Origin: a virus | Lineage: Duplodnaviria; Caudoviricetes | Virus record (IMG/VR): IMGVR_UViG_3300006164_000012 | Coordinates: 1-51,369 of that record | DNA length: 51,369 nt | Direction: 5' to 3' (one strand) | Part shown: positions 11,501 to 21,600 of the stretch, one piece after another | How the letters are laid out: each line of letters opens with the position of its first letter | How positions within the stretch are numbered: the first letter of the stretch is position 1 | Made by a program: the position numbers and the translations under genes | The notes under the pieces: model-generated | What the model was told of the DNA's origin: nothing | The model's database searches: none | The model's input: only the letters and a program-made list of their open reading frames with translations

Positions 11501-13367
11501 TAATACGAGCGCTCTTGCGTTTCCCACCCTAGGAGGTACTTCTGTATCTGCCTCGCACCCTTCTTGGAGCGCTGTAGCCACAACTCCCGCTGTCATACAG
11601 GACCCCGTATATGTAGCCGCTAACGGACGCGTGGGAATTTTAGATGAAGGAATCTTACAGGCAAATGCGTACAATAGCTATATCCATTCTATGGACCTTT
11701 TTGAGGACCCAGCTACTGAATACTTCTCAAACGGCACACTTTTATCTGGGGTGGATACCGTAGCACCGAACGTAAACTCCTTAGCTGTGTACAACTCTAC
11801 AACAAATCCTACGTACAACATAGAGAAGCTCGGTCCCTCAGGAATAACTTTAATTCAACGACATACAACTACAAATCCTAGAGAAACTGTAAGAGTTCGG
11901 TACCCATTGGACGGAAATATGAATTACTCCTACAATGGAAAATTTAAATTTCCGCCACGAGACGATACTTTGCTGCAACGTAGCACGTCCTCTATAGCGG
12001 CTTGGGGGCTTGTAGACCAGTATAGAGAAGACCGCATTTCTGCAGAGCGAATTACGGACACCACTATTGATTTGAATGCTTCCGCTGTCTTGATAGTAAC
12101 CCAGTCAAGCGCTTTGAATTTTGTTAAACTTAGTTGTAGTGGTGGAGGAAAGTTAAGTACTAGTAGTATTCTTGGGTTTATAAATAACCCTTCTTTAGTA
12201 ACTAACTCTAACCCACAAAGTAGATTTACTCCTGCGAACCTAAGATACCTAGAACCAGGAAGAACGTATGCTATTACCCTTGATGCATCTTCTAATAGTA
12301 TAGGCGACCCTTTACTTACATACAGCTTATTTAATAATAGAGCAGGCGGGCAATGGAAGCAAATTTTAGCTGATGGTACTGGTGGAACCTGGATTAACCG
12401 AGAAAGTAATCTTTCCGCCAACCAAGTAAACCCGTTGTTTAGTAGCACTGCCGACTCAGGAAAAGATTGGAAAACGTATAGTGGAGTAATAACAGTCTCG
12501 TCCACATTTCAAAAATCTGACAACCATAAATTATGGATAACTCCTATGCAAAAAGGAACACAGACAGAAAAAGTAATCTTCGGGATTAAGGACGTTCAAT
12601 TTAAAGAAATATCTCCCGCGAGTACTAGTCCTAAAAATCTTGGGGTGGTGGGAAACAAGTTACTCCCTGACTCTAAATATATACTAAGCTTACGTTCTCA
12701 GGTAGCACAACTAGCTGCGGAAACGCCTGTAAATGAAAAAGTGTTTATACGTGTTGTAGTGGAGCAAAAGCCTTTTATAGGTAATGGGTATGAAGATTTT
12801 CTATGCCGTTCATGGTCCTTCAACTTTAATAGCCGGAGATGGGAAGATACAAAAACTGTTACCCCCGTCAATGAATGGTTACGAGTCCCTTTAACTGCGG
12901 AGCGTCTTGACGCAAGCGGATACCAAACAGAAGAGGACGAGAACTTCAAAATAAGGTTTAACACTTATAACACCCGAACCCCTTTAGGTTACCACTCCTT
13001 ATCTGTCCAAGGACCTTTGGATGGCTACTTTGCTTCCGCCGGTCCTGTTCACGATGACCAATCAGTGTACTACCTTGAAGTAGCTAAACCTGAACGTACT
13101 GGGGAATATAACGGAGTAACAATAAAAAGTATTAGTTTAGTAAATGAAGTCTATAATAAGTATGCTGAGGATTTACAAAGACAAGAATTTTGGGGCGCAT
13201 TCGATTTCTTTAACAAGTTAGGGAATGGCAAATCCTCTCGAGACGCCAGAGACTCCTCAGGAACATACCATACTTCTGGAGGCTCAAGAAGTGAGTACTT
13301 AGAATATTGGGGTGGAAGCCACTCTTCAACAGATGGAAACTACGGGTTCACAGACAAACAACATTAG
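8547..13367 (+). CDS. Large baseplate wedge protein (gp7 / P2 gpI-like domain plus extra domains)
   Basis: LLDIDECPEEFLQYLGRYLGW...WREQLKQAIYLYKAKGT is a P2 tail protein I-like segment; follows gp6; coupled by a TAATG overlap. Confidence 0.7.
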   Translation: MASDSGPEQQHFKANYIEVIKRIVPEFYDETEYKLYGEEEDLQYNVLAKLLYTAKNLSSLIDMPVSSTFGGSAGTFYSSIRFVPYFVPFNKMSRVSPYDYERHVLNPLGKSFRDFTNVRDFSSFIITSALPHTRLNSVTERFVSGYSATVDQTVSSVSSVQNALLSKLGWAYMLNTSGKVVDNNSLAPSSLLLSSITNDIYLGKNITEATGVSIIMRWILHNCLGGGSKWSQIRQNYLPPPFNELSSVYSDNYYASGSQLVSALDTMVNVWVNEDDPNSLYFKDIVNASLLGLDVRRMENAGPMGKMLKALAYAFYDVKDTVRDVQFLLDIDECPEEFLQYLGRYLGWTFFTTDPAKWREQLKQAIYLYKAKGTRQALTQAVQMVIPSGLWDANNTTSGIQEMYESYVPNLIYYVIKTETDFGSNPESYGKLLREWNRSLASSGINMRMVNFDSTDLDNNARFLTDYILQYLDDKHNFIKFHSKSFKDSDIINTQVSAGVKFPGFFHRGKRIFVPPFEEHRFYQNTLIDAPVLRDLSALMMRPVENLGLNVSSSAAESLSRYITNHTELRGGNMFNMASMGANLTFKFMTSSLNLPYNYQRIIRKGQLENMSLFDVWNSKASTVNSKFLASSIDFNVDGFHNLAGTKLGRDALPSIIDIFRQFSPFHVLNKIYAGFEMADIYPMWSGIADNSELEVIQTLQTDGDQWNSSFVTSSFPGTIGTGIFSGIEPNIKDPRHGRWVPSATLYSAPYFWSGGGSQADLGYKKVGNAPRNAGRRRSNKYKFIGWAYTRDGLNQPINTDLFTASGTDPERYLYASGFLPKGFNFSSQAFVTTSGSLSSVYSYYNSSGDIPNFPGYKGNTVNGYFPQRAIPDEENNVSGWNTQRATFGSQILHTLADIFARRGAEDNRWQLQTDESYINFKWGQGMMLLFTANRTTFNNQLRNVVYAGRQQVGDKYGGGFNLIAHVFGPILFNHAFNIPGKITTNTSALAFPTLGGTSVSASHPSWSAVATTPAVIQDPVYVAANGRVGILDEGILQANAYNSYIHSMDLFEDPATEYFSNGTLLSGVDTVAPNVNSLAVYNSTTNPTYNIEKLGPSGITLIQRHTTTNPRETVRVRYPLDGNMNYSYNGKFKFPPRDDTLLQRSTSSIAAWGLVDQYREDRISAERITDTTIDLNASAVLIVTQSSALNFVKLSCSGGGKLSTSSILGFINNPSLVTNSNPQSRFTPANLRYLEPGRTYAITLDASSNSIGDPLLTYSLFNNRAGGQWKQILADGTGGTWINRESNLSANQVNPLFSSTADSGKDWKTYSGVITVSSTFQKSDNHKLWITPMQKGTQTEKVIFGIKDVQFKEISPASTSPKNLGVVGNKLLPDSKYILSLRSQVAQLAAETPVNEKVFIRVVVEQKPFIGNGYEDFLCRSWSFNFNSRRWEDTKTVTPVNEWLRVPLTAERLDASGYQTEEDENFKIRFNTYNTRTPLGYHSLSVQGPLDGYFASAGPVHDDQSVYYLEVAKPERTGEYNGVTIKSISLVNEVYNKYAEDLQRQEFWGAFDFFNKLGNGKSSRDARDSSGTYHTSGGSRSEYLEYWGGSHSSTDGNYGFTDKQH

Positions 13368-13369
13368 TA

Positions 13370-16300
13370 ATGATTAAAGGTAATATAGAAATAATTCAAA
13401 GCTGCGGCGACAAAGACACCACCTTGTTTAAAGGTAGGAATATGGTTACTGATGGGGTTAGAAAAACTATAGCTGACGTAATGACTTACATACCTAACCC
13501 GTTTGGGGGAAGTGCTATGGAGGTAGGTGCAAGCTCAGTATCTAGTTACCAAATACAAGCAATGAGTTTAGGTAGCGCGGAGTATTACTATAACGCCAGA
13601 AACTCCCGTTTCTTCTTTAGCTCTATGGAACTTTCGGGGCAGCGATACCAGTACCTCCCAACGACTCCTAACAATCATTTTGAAATGATTGACTGTTACT
13701 CCTCTATCGGAAACAATCAATGGATGTCGAAACAGTCCCATGAAGCTAACCTTATCCAGGACAGCACTTTAGAAGATTTTTCCGCATGGAACTTTCGACA
13801 AGACTCCACTCCTAGCGCAGGTAAAGACCCCATCTCTAGAACTCTTACGCCGTTTGCCGAAGGAGAAAAAGAGGTTACTAGATTCGAAGTCCTGCAAGGG
13901 CAAGTCCACACTATTATATCCCAGCAAGTAGATATTAATTTGGGCGAAGTGTACCATGTCCTTACACATGGCAAAGCCTTTGAGGCAACATTTGATGTAC
14001 GTATAGGTAGAGGACGCCTAGGTCAAATTTATGAGTATTACGATTTTACCCAAAACCAGTTTGTTTTATATGCCGACGCTGAAAAAACAACTAGAAAAGT
14101 AATTAAACTTCGTGAGAATTATAGTGTTGACAGCTTTCGATTTAAGTTAGAAGGTCATGCCCGCATGGAAGACTTTAACGAGAACGGACAGTATTTTATA
14201 GAGTATAGTTTCCCAGCCCTTGAATATAAAGACTGGACGTTTGCCCCATGGGAAGCAAACTATATAAATCCTTATATTGATATTATAAAATTAGAGTTAT
14301 TGAACGACAGCAGTTATATTTTAGAAAACTCTAATTTCTTGAAACACCAAAGCCGCCTCTTGAATAGTGACTTCAACCACACATATGACCTGACCCACCC
14401 ATATTCGGAAGTAAAAAATGTGGTTAAGGCTCGTGAACGAGGTTTAGTGGGGATAATAGGATGGGGTCAAGTAAATCCCTTAGCAAAATTCTCGGACAAC
14501 CCTACCTTTGCAGAGAGCGCATCCGGTCTTGGTTACGTACAACCATTAACGGAAGGTTTGCAACAAAACAAAGTTTTTTCCTCCGTTTTTAACGGAGTCC
14601 TCCTCCATGCATCCTCATCAGACTTAGCGTCAAGCGGCGCCGCATCTATATCACAAAGATTTCTTCCGCCATACACAGACCGTAATTTATTTTCCTTCTT
14701 TAACGAGTCTTCCTTATCACCCTTAAACATAGCGAAAGGGGTTCGCGGGCAAGCGGACAACAACGCCACCTATATGTTGTATTTCAATGCAATGGTGTCC
14801 GGCGAAGCGGATGCTGCCGACTGCGGAAATATAGAAGTTACCCTCACAGATTCCCAAGGTAATGCCTACGCATTTTCCCCTGATGACACTACCCACGAAA
14901 CAGATATATTTATCGCAGGTGGAGGGTCTAAGAAATTTACTTTCGACACCAAAAACACATGGACTCAATTTAGCGTACCTGTTATGCTACCACCTATAGC
15001 TATAGGAACTGGGTACACTATAGAGGTAAAAGGGACCGGTCGGTCGGATGGAACTAAAGGTTTCTGCTACTACGCAATAAAAGATTTTGCTTTTGGTCCT
15101 TTAGGGGAATGGAGAGTTTACTCTTACAACAAAGGAGACAGTGCTACAAACTATGAATCCCGCTATTCCTCATGGGGGTTAAGCTCAGGCTCATGGTCAA
15201 AAGTTACCCCCGGCGCAATATTCTCATCACTAAGCTTTAGCTCACAACGATACGACCCCACTTCAACCGAAGCGGCAGAGATACGCACTGCTATTTACAC
15301 CGCTGCCCCAAACCTTCCTGTTAATCAGTTAGTGCAGAATATAGTTGGTTTAGAACCAACCAAATCCTACCGCCTTTCCTTAAAAGGAAGTACGAAAGAT
15401 TTAACCGACCCATCCTTTGTAGTGTCGCTTAAAGCGAAGTCGCGAGGAGAGAAAGAAGGTAGAATTCATGATTCCTATAATATTTTTGGAAGCTATTTTA
15501 CACAGAATCCAAACCTAGACCCCGCTTTACCAACATCATTTAACAGAGACCTGCCAGGAAACTTCTCTCCGTACAACGACACTACAATCGGCTACAACGG
15601 CGCGCCAGTTAACCGGTTAGCGATACCGGATTTCTCTTACCAAATGACCAGCCCCCTCGCGAAGGCTACGGATTGGGGTGTAAAGGTAGCGGAGTATACC
15701 TTCGGTGGCGCTGACGCTAGAGTCGGTGAAGAGGATATCCCTATCAATCGAGGTAGGTATAGACTTTCTATGGATATTACGACCGAGGAAGATAATACTC
15801 TAGGTGAGGGCGCTCATTTTGTATTGAGTGCACTAACAGGCAATCCTACATACCCTAAAATGTATTTCGATTGGAGTGCAGGTAGGTTTGACACCGAAGT
15901 TTCCCCAGAAAGATTTAATGGAAATGGATACAATAGAGCAGACACAAAGACCTATATGTTACCACTACCATCGTCCAAGGGTTCCTACACTTCATTTGAG
16001 TACGATAAATTTATTCAAATGAACGATGGCGTAGGTATACCTATAAACACCCAACGAACAGATAACATGACGGACGGTCCTTTAATTGGTCGGTACCGCG
16101 TAGGCGCGATGATAATAGGGGCTGACCCTGTCGCCGAAGGTGAACCTAACCGCCAGGGCGGCAGTGTAATGGTTAAGAATGTAAGCTTGCGAGGACCAGC
16201 TCTCAACCCAGGATTAGCTCCTTCACTTGAAAAGTACTATGACTTTGAAAATCAGACATGGGCACCTTTTTATAAATATGCTAAACTGGAAGTTAACAGT

Positions 16301-18037
16301 AGTCGAGCCGCATCAACTCGTAGCTTTATAGCCACTACACCCCAAATGATATCCAATATGGCGCTTAACGGTTTGGACCGTGATACCCAGTACCAGTTAA
16401 ATATTATGGATTCCTCCGGAGGAGAATACACATTGTTTGATGTCGCTCTTAATGACTCAGCTCTAGTAGCAAATACAGGAAACGATTTATGGCAAAGAGA
16501 CGCTGGCGTCTTCACAAGTGAACCTTACGCAGATACACACATCTCCAAATACAGCGATGGTACTGTAGTAAAATCTCTTAACAACGGAATACTTGCAAAC
16601 GTAGCAACACCAACAGCTTGGGGCTCAACATACAAGCAATGGGAAGCAAACGTGTTCACGCCCGCAGGACTTTACCCAAATAGCGTAGTACCTAATACAG
16701 CTGTAGTCCCTACTCTAGGCGTCTCGGGATTCAACGCTAATACTCATAGACCCCAAGTTATTAGCAATTTCATACTGCAAGACTATGGCATTTCAGGAAC
16801 TGAGTACATGGCTGTGGGGTGGGATGCAAATTACACTGAGTATGACGATTTAATACTGAACCCTCCTAGAGCTGAAATGAGGTTATATGCAATGCATAAC
16901 GGTAACACTTATGTTTACCGCTTCGCAGCAGGAAACTGGGAACCTGCTGGCAACCCTGCATCAATCAACACTCAAGGGGCTACTTGGCTTAGTGGGATTC
17001 AACTAGCAGCCAGCGCAAACAACAACAACGTGGGCTCTGTAAGCGCAGCTTGCGATGTTATTGATTATACGCATTTCCTTTCTCCTGTGTTTAAAGCCCC
17101 AACCTTTGGACCAACTACAAAGATAATTGCCACGTTAGAATTCCCAATGCTGTATAGCACTAATGCTTCAATCAATATAAAATCATTTAAAACCTACTCT
17201 TGGAAGGAACAAGGGCACGACACCTTTAGGGTATCAGGGGAAACATTTGCATTCCCGGAATTCCCGCAACCTAGTGACCATACTCTTCAGCCAGCAACAG
17301 GAGCTAAAACCCCAGGGGAGTTAGGTCAATTCCTTAATAGAATTAATTACTTTGATTACAGCTCAATAATATATGCTAACGGAGTAAGTTCAACTTTAGA
17401 AATAAATAATCCTATGGCTCCTTCTCCCACAGGGGAATTAACTTTAGAGCAAGCGATTACTATGGGCGCATACCTACCCTCCGCAGGACTATTCTTTGGC
17501 TCTGGCACATTTGGTACTCGCAACCAAGATATAGACTTTGGCTTAGCGGCACATGGAATGGGTCTTGTGTCAGGTACACTTAACCAAATGGGAGTTGTTA
17601 ATAGTGATGGGTATATTTATAAAAATCCCCTTCGCATCCCTACAAATGTAAACGATGCAAGTGCAGGATTCATTGCGTCCTCCTTTACGATACCCCCTTC
17701 TACCCTCTACGCACCTAAAACTATAAGGTATGTTTTAAAGCTTACTAAAGACGACTGGCACTTCTTAGATTACTATATGGGTGGCATAGGTTCAATGGGT
17801 TTACATACCATTGATTACAAAAAAACATATGAAAAATTAAATACCGCTTACCAAATAAGTGGCACCGATGTTCCATATTCACCAACGTCACGGGCAGGAC
17901 TATATAAAGTAGATAATCCTGATAGGAACCCTGTATTCAATCTAAGCAATAAAAAAGTAATGTTTCCTCCGGGATTACAAATTGATTGGAATAATACAGA
18001 TTATATTACTATAATATGGGATACAACCTTTGTCTAA
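13370..18037 (+). CDS. Large baseplate/tail-fibre attachment protein with a long internal insertion
   Basis: The likely start is ATG 13370 (MIKGNIEII), just after the upstream TAG, rather than 13307. Its N- and C-termini resemble the downstream 197-aa protein. Confidence 0.55.
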   Translation: MIKGNIEIIQSCGDKDTTLFKGRNMVTDGVRKTIADVMTYIPNPFGGSAMEVGASSVSSYQIQAMSLGSAEYYYNARNSRFFFSSMELSGQRYQYLPTTPNNHFEMIDCYSSIGNNQWMSKQSHEANLIQDSTLEDFSAWNFRQDSTPSAGKDPISRTLTPFAEGEKEVTRFEVLQGQVHTIISQQVDINLGEVYHVLTHGKAFEATFDVRIGRGRLGQIYEYYDFTQNQFVLYADAEKTTRKVIKLRENYSVDSFRFKLEGHARMEDFNENGQYFIEYSFPALEYKDWTFAPWEANYINPYIDIIKLELLNDSSYILENSNFLKHQSRLLNSDFNHTYDLTHPYSEVKNVVKARERGLVGIIGWGQVNPLAKFSDNPTFAESASGLGYVQPLTEGLQQNKVFSSVFNGVLLHASSSDLASSGAASISQRFLPPYTDRNLFSFFNESSLSPLNIAKGVRGQADNNATYMLYFNAMVSGEADAADCGNIEVTLTDSQGNAYAFSPDDTTHETDIFIAGGGSKKFTFDTKNTWTQFSVPVMLPPIAIGTGYTIEVKGTGRSDGTKGFCYYAIKDFAFGPLGEWRVYSYNKGDSATNYESRYSSWGLSSGSWSKVTPGAIFSSLSFSSQRYDPTSTEAAEIRTAIYTAAPNLPVNQLVQNIVGLEPTKSYRLSLKGSTKDLTDPSFVVSLKAKSRGEKEGRIHDSYNIFGSYFTQNPNLDPALPTSFNRDLPGNFSPYNDTTIGYNGAPVNRLAIPDFSYQMTSPLAKATDWGVKVAEYTFGGADARVGEEDIPINRGRYRLSMDITTEEDNTLGEGAHFVLSALTGNPTYPKMYFDWSAGRFDTEVSPERFNGNGYNRADTKTYMLPLPSSKGSYTSFEYDKFIQMNDGVGIPINTQRTDNMTDGPLIGRYRVGAMIIGADPVAEGEPNRQGGSVMVKNVSLRGPALNPGLAPSLEKYYDFENQTWAPFYKYAKLEVNSSRAASTRSFIATTPQMISNMALNGLDRDTQYQLNIMDSSGGEYTLFDVALNDSALVANTGNDLWQRDAGVFTSEPYADTHISKYSDGTVVKSLNNGILANVATPTAWGSTYKQWEANVFTPAGLYPNSVVPNTAVVPTLGVSGFNANTHRPQVISNFILQDYGISGTEYMAVGWDANYTEYDDLILNPPRAEMRLYAMHNGNTYVYRFAAGNWEPAGNPASINTQGATWLSGIQLAASANNNNVGSVSAACDVIDYTHFLSPVFKAPTFGPTTKIIATLEFPMLYSTNASINIKSFKTYSWKEQGHDTFRVSGETFAFPEFPQPSDHTLQPATGAKTPGELGQFLNRINYFDYSSIIYANGVSSTLEINNPMAPSPTGELTLEQAITMGAYLPSAGLFFGSGTFGTRNQDIDFGLAAHGMGLVSGTLNQMGVVNSDGYIYKNPLRIPTNVNDASAGFIASSFTIPPSTLYAPKTIRYVLKLTKDDWHFLDYYMGGIGSMGLHTIDYKKTYEKLNTAYQISGTDVPYSPTSRAGLYKVDNPDRNPVFNLSNKKVMFPPGLQIDWNNTDYITIIWDTTFV

Positions 18038-18623
18038 GATGAAATTTACCGAAAACTACAGTCCAGTAGGACACCTCGAAGTCTGGAAAAAATTCCCGGA
18101 TGGAACAAGCGAGCTTCATTATGAAGACGATAATGTTATTTGTAGTGGTATGGGCGCGAATCTTTCTGAAATGTTCGATGCCCCCCCCACTACTAGCGTA
18201 GAGGAGTACCAACTTACCTATTTTAAAATAGGTACTGCTGGAACCACAGACTTGCAGGTTTCCACAACAAGTGATTTGGGACTAGCCCTTACCGTACCTC
18301 AGTATGGAAATGGGCTGATTGATATTGATGTGCATGACCTTGTAGCCAATGGGTCGGTAGTGACTGCTCCAGGAGGTTCAACAACATTCGCGCGAGTTCC
18401 CCATGCCTATATCAAGAGAATTACAAATACCAAATGTATGTGGCAGTTGGTTATAGACGAGCAGTCTGCAAACGAGACGATACTAAACGAGGTAGGGCTC
18501 TTTTGCCAAAACCCCTACAGAACAACCCCAGAAGGTTCCTTACTTTGTGCGTATAGGTACTTCACTCCAATCCACAAAACCGATTCCTTTATTTTAGTCA
18601 TACGATGGACTATTGATTTCTAA
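18030..18623 (+). CDS. Baseplate / tail-collar-like structural protein
   Basis: GHLEVW..DG..NVICSG..FKIGT..LNEVGLF..LCAYRYFTPIHKT..LVIRWTIDF resembles phage tail-fibre collar and baseplate proteins. Confidence 0.6.
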   Translation: MSKMKFTENYSPVGHLEVWKKFPDGTSELHYEDDNVICSGMGANLSEMFDAPPTTSVEEYQLTYFKIGTAGTTDLQVSTTSDLGLALTVPQYGNGLIDIDVHDLVANGSVVTAPGGSTTFARVPHAYIKRITNTKCMWQLVIDEQSANETILNEVGLFCQNPYRTTPEGSLLCAYRYFTPIHKTDSFILVIRWTIDF

Positions 18624-21600
18624 TGACAAGCTTCAAAACAATTACTAGCGAGGGTGGTATCGGCACTATCCCTCTAAACTGGGCAGCCAATGTACCCAAA
18701 TACGACCCAAGTTCTTTCTATAACTGGGAACAAGATAATATGCCTCTATGGAACTTAGAGGACCGTACAGACACACTGTACGCGGCGCAAGGATACCCAG
18801 GAGGAAACCCTCAAGGAGTAACCTTCACCCTTTCTTCAGCTGGTAATGTTGACGAAAGTAAAGGTATTTACGATAGCATTGCTGATATTGTTGAGCGTAT
18901 ACCTAAACGATTAAAATTTCCAGTTCTAATTGAGCTATGTACTTACGGAAACCTAGGAACACTAGAGTTAGCTAACATTACATGTGAAGGCGACGGTATT
19001 CTAGAAGTAAGAAACCAAGCTTACTTCCAACACGTAGACGCATCAGCACGTGCCGTAACAAACGTAAGCTCTAGCCCCGCTGGAGCCGCACCACTAATCA
19101 GTGAGGTTTACTCTTTGGACGCGTCTTCTCTTATGCTCGATGTATCCGCTACACGTGGCGGAGTAAAGTTCTTTGACCAAGAGAGTTGGAACACTAACGC
19201 ACATATTATTACTACAGTAGGACCAGACACGGATAGACAATTCAGCAACATCACTTGCCACATCGGTAGCGGCACCGCAAGCTACGACAATTTAGGTAAT
19301 GGCACCAATCCCGGATTATTCCAGCTTCACCCATGGAATGCTTTTCAAGACCGGTCTATCTCTGCTACAGCAGGAGATGCCATGGCATTTTGGGGCTCCT
19401 CAACAGCGTCTGCAATGCAGCAAACTACTAAATATGACGACTTGTTATACAAACGAGAGGCACAAATCACAATGGGTCAAGCGACCTTATTTGGGTATGG
19501 TAACTGGTTTAGCAATGTAGTCTTGAGAGACTGTCAAGGGTCCATTATACTTCGTAATATTTTAACTGACGGTTCTAATGGCGGACATGATGCATACGGA
19601 CCTCAAGGTCATATCCACCAAAAAGAATACGGTTTCGATATAGAAAATTCAGAGGTTATTTTAGATAATACTACCGCAATGTTTGCGGTAAAAGCAGGTT
19701 ACACTGCAAAAAATTCCAGAGTTAAAATTACAGGACATTGCGTAGGTTGGAGAAATTACACAAAAACAGGGCTTAACCCTAACACCCGCCTCCAAGACGG
19801 TGCAGGTTTTATGGGTTTAAACTCAGACATTCAGTGGGATGAAACCGCTTACCGAGATAGTAGAAAATATTTAAATTACTTTGGTAAGTCTAGACGGGGA
19901 CTGGATTTCCGTAACTGTACTATCCGAGGAGGTATTAACTGGGGAACAGATGTCGCAGGGTTCACAGGAGGAACAGCCAATGAAGTATCCGCCTTACCTA
20001 ACGCAGGCTCCCAACAACTCCCTGGAACCTACTCATCGCCACGAGGCATGGACCTAACTGAGTGTTCTGGCGTAGGCGGTGATACTTACACTACAACCAT
20101 TAACGTTGCAAATTGTAACGAAGACGGTATTTACCTAGAAGGTACAGACTTTGAATTTAACGGGCGCCTTAATACTTTCTTAAACGTAGGTAATGGTATA
20201 CAAGTTAGCCGTAGCCAAGTACGGATACCTCAACTCACTTCTACACACAACTCAGATTTTGGTATTAGGTTAGAAAGCTCTACTTTCGTATATGGGCGCA
20301 AGTTAAATACGTTTGCTAAACGCCCGGACAGGTACACCGCATTAATGCTAACTAAAAATATGCAGGGAGGTGTCACGGGCGGAGAACTTGTTATCGCCGC
20401 AAAACTGAGAATTAGAAACCGGGCTAACTTCCATGTAGATAGTAATAACCAAAATATCTTAGTAAGTAAAAATTCAACTTTAAGTGCTCACCGAATGAAC
20501 AACATCCCTAAATTTTTCGGTAAATGGGGTGGATGTGATTGGTCGTATACAGACAAAGGTGGGGATGCGACGCGCAATTACGGTGACAATGCATCCGCAT
20601 TACCTGCTACTCATTTCGGCGCGACACCTTTCCGTATTCAAAACAAACCAGGCATTATTACAACTAACAACTCCACCGCAGAGATAGTTAACTCTGTCTA
20701 TACAGTGAATTCTTTAGATGCAGGTAAAGGTCGTGTGGGTATAGCATCTAATGGGTCAACCCTCGCTTTCCGAGGAACTTCGGGGTGTACAACAACACAT
20801 AACTACTTCCCCCTAGGCAACACCACCAGACAATTTAGAAGCTGGATTAGTAATGGTGTTATGGCTACCGATAACTCCGTAATTGAGATTACAGGACCCA
20901 CCAAATCATCTCGATTTGGAGTCCCTTTTCTAGCTGAGGACAGTTCACAACTACTTATCAAACCTCCGACCTTAGAAGGTACAGATAATATCCTAGATGT
21001 GTCTGGATACACATTGCTTAACAATGCCATGAACCTCCAGTCTTCTAAAAACCATACCACGTTGGAAGTACATTCTACACGCGCATGCTTGGTTGCAAAT
21101 AAAAATTCTGGAATTCAATTTTACGGGTTAGGTGGTAAGGTTGTAGGAAACCCTGCCGCTACAATCGCTGTAAACTCTGTAGATGTTCTAGCAACTGACT
21201 ACGCAAGCCCCTACTTACAAAACGCCAACACTCAATTTGTTTATTGTACGTCTGGAGGACACGTTAAATTTTACCCCAATGCATTCACTAGTGGCGTGGC
21301 GGCATACACTGAGGTAAGCTTGTTAGGTGTAGGTAAATCCTTAGACCCTAACTTCAACTACATTCTGCCTGACCAAGAACACGACGCCGCCACAACAGGC
21401 GGTATGTGTGTCCGCGCAGTGGGAGACAGTTATATTGACTCAAACCTAGTAAATTGGCAGCACTACACCCTACCTAAAAACGTGTCGGGCGCATTTTACA
21501 ATTTAGATGGCACCGGCTGTGAAAAAGGTGAGGACACCGGAGGCAACACCGGTCCCCCTCCTGAAATAGAACCTCCACCCGGCGAACTCGTAGACGTTCC

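Noticed and set aside
13307-13369. ORF-track start at 13307
   Set aside because: It overlaps the upstream gene by 61 nt; ATG 13370 follows the stop directly and matches the paralogue's N-terminus.
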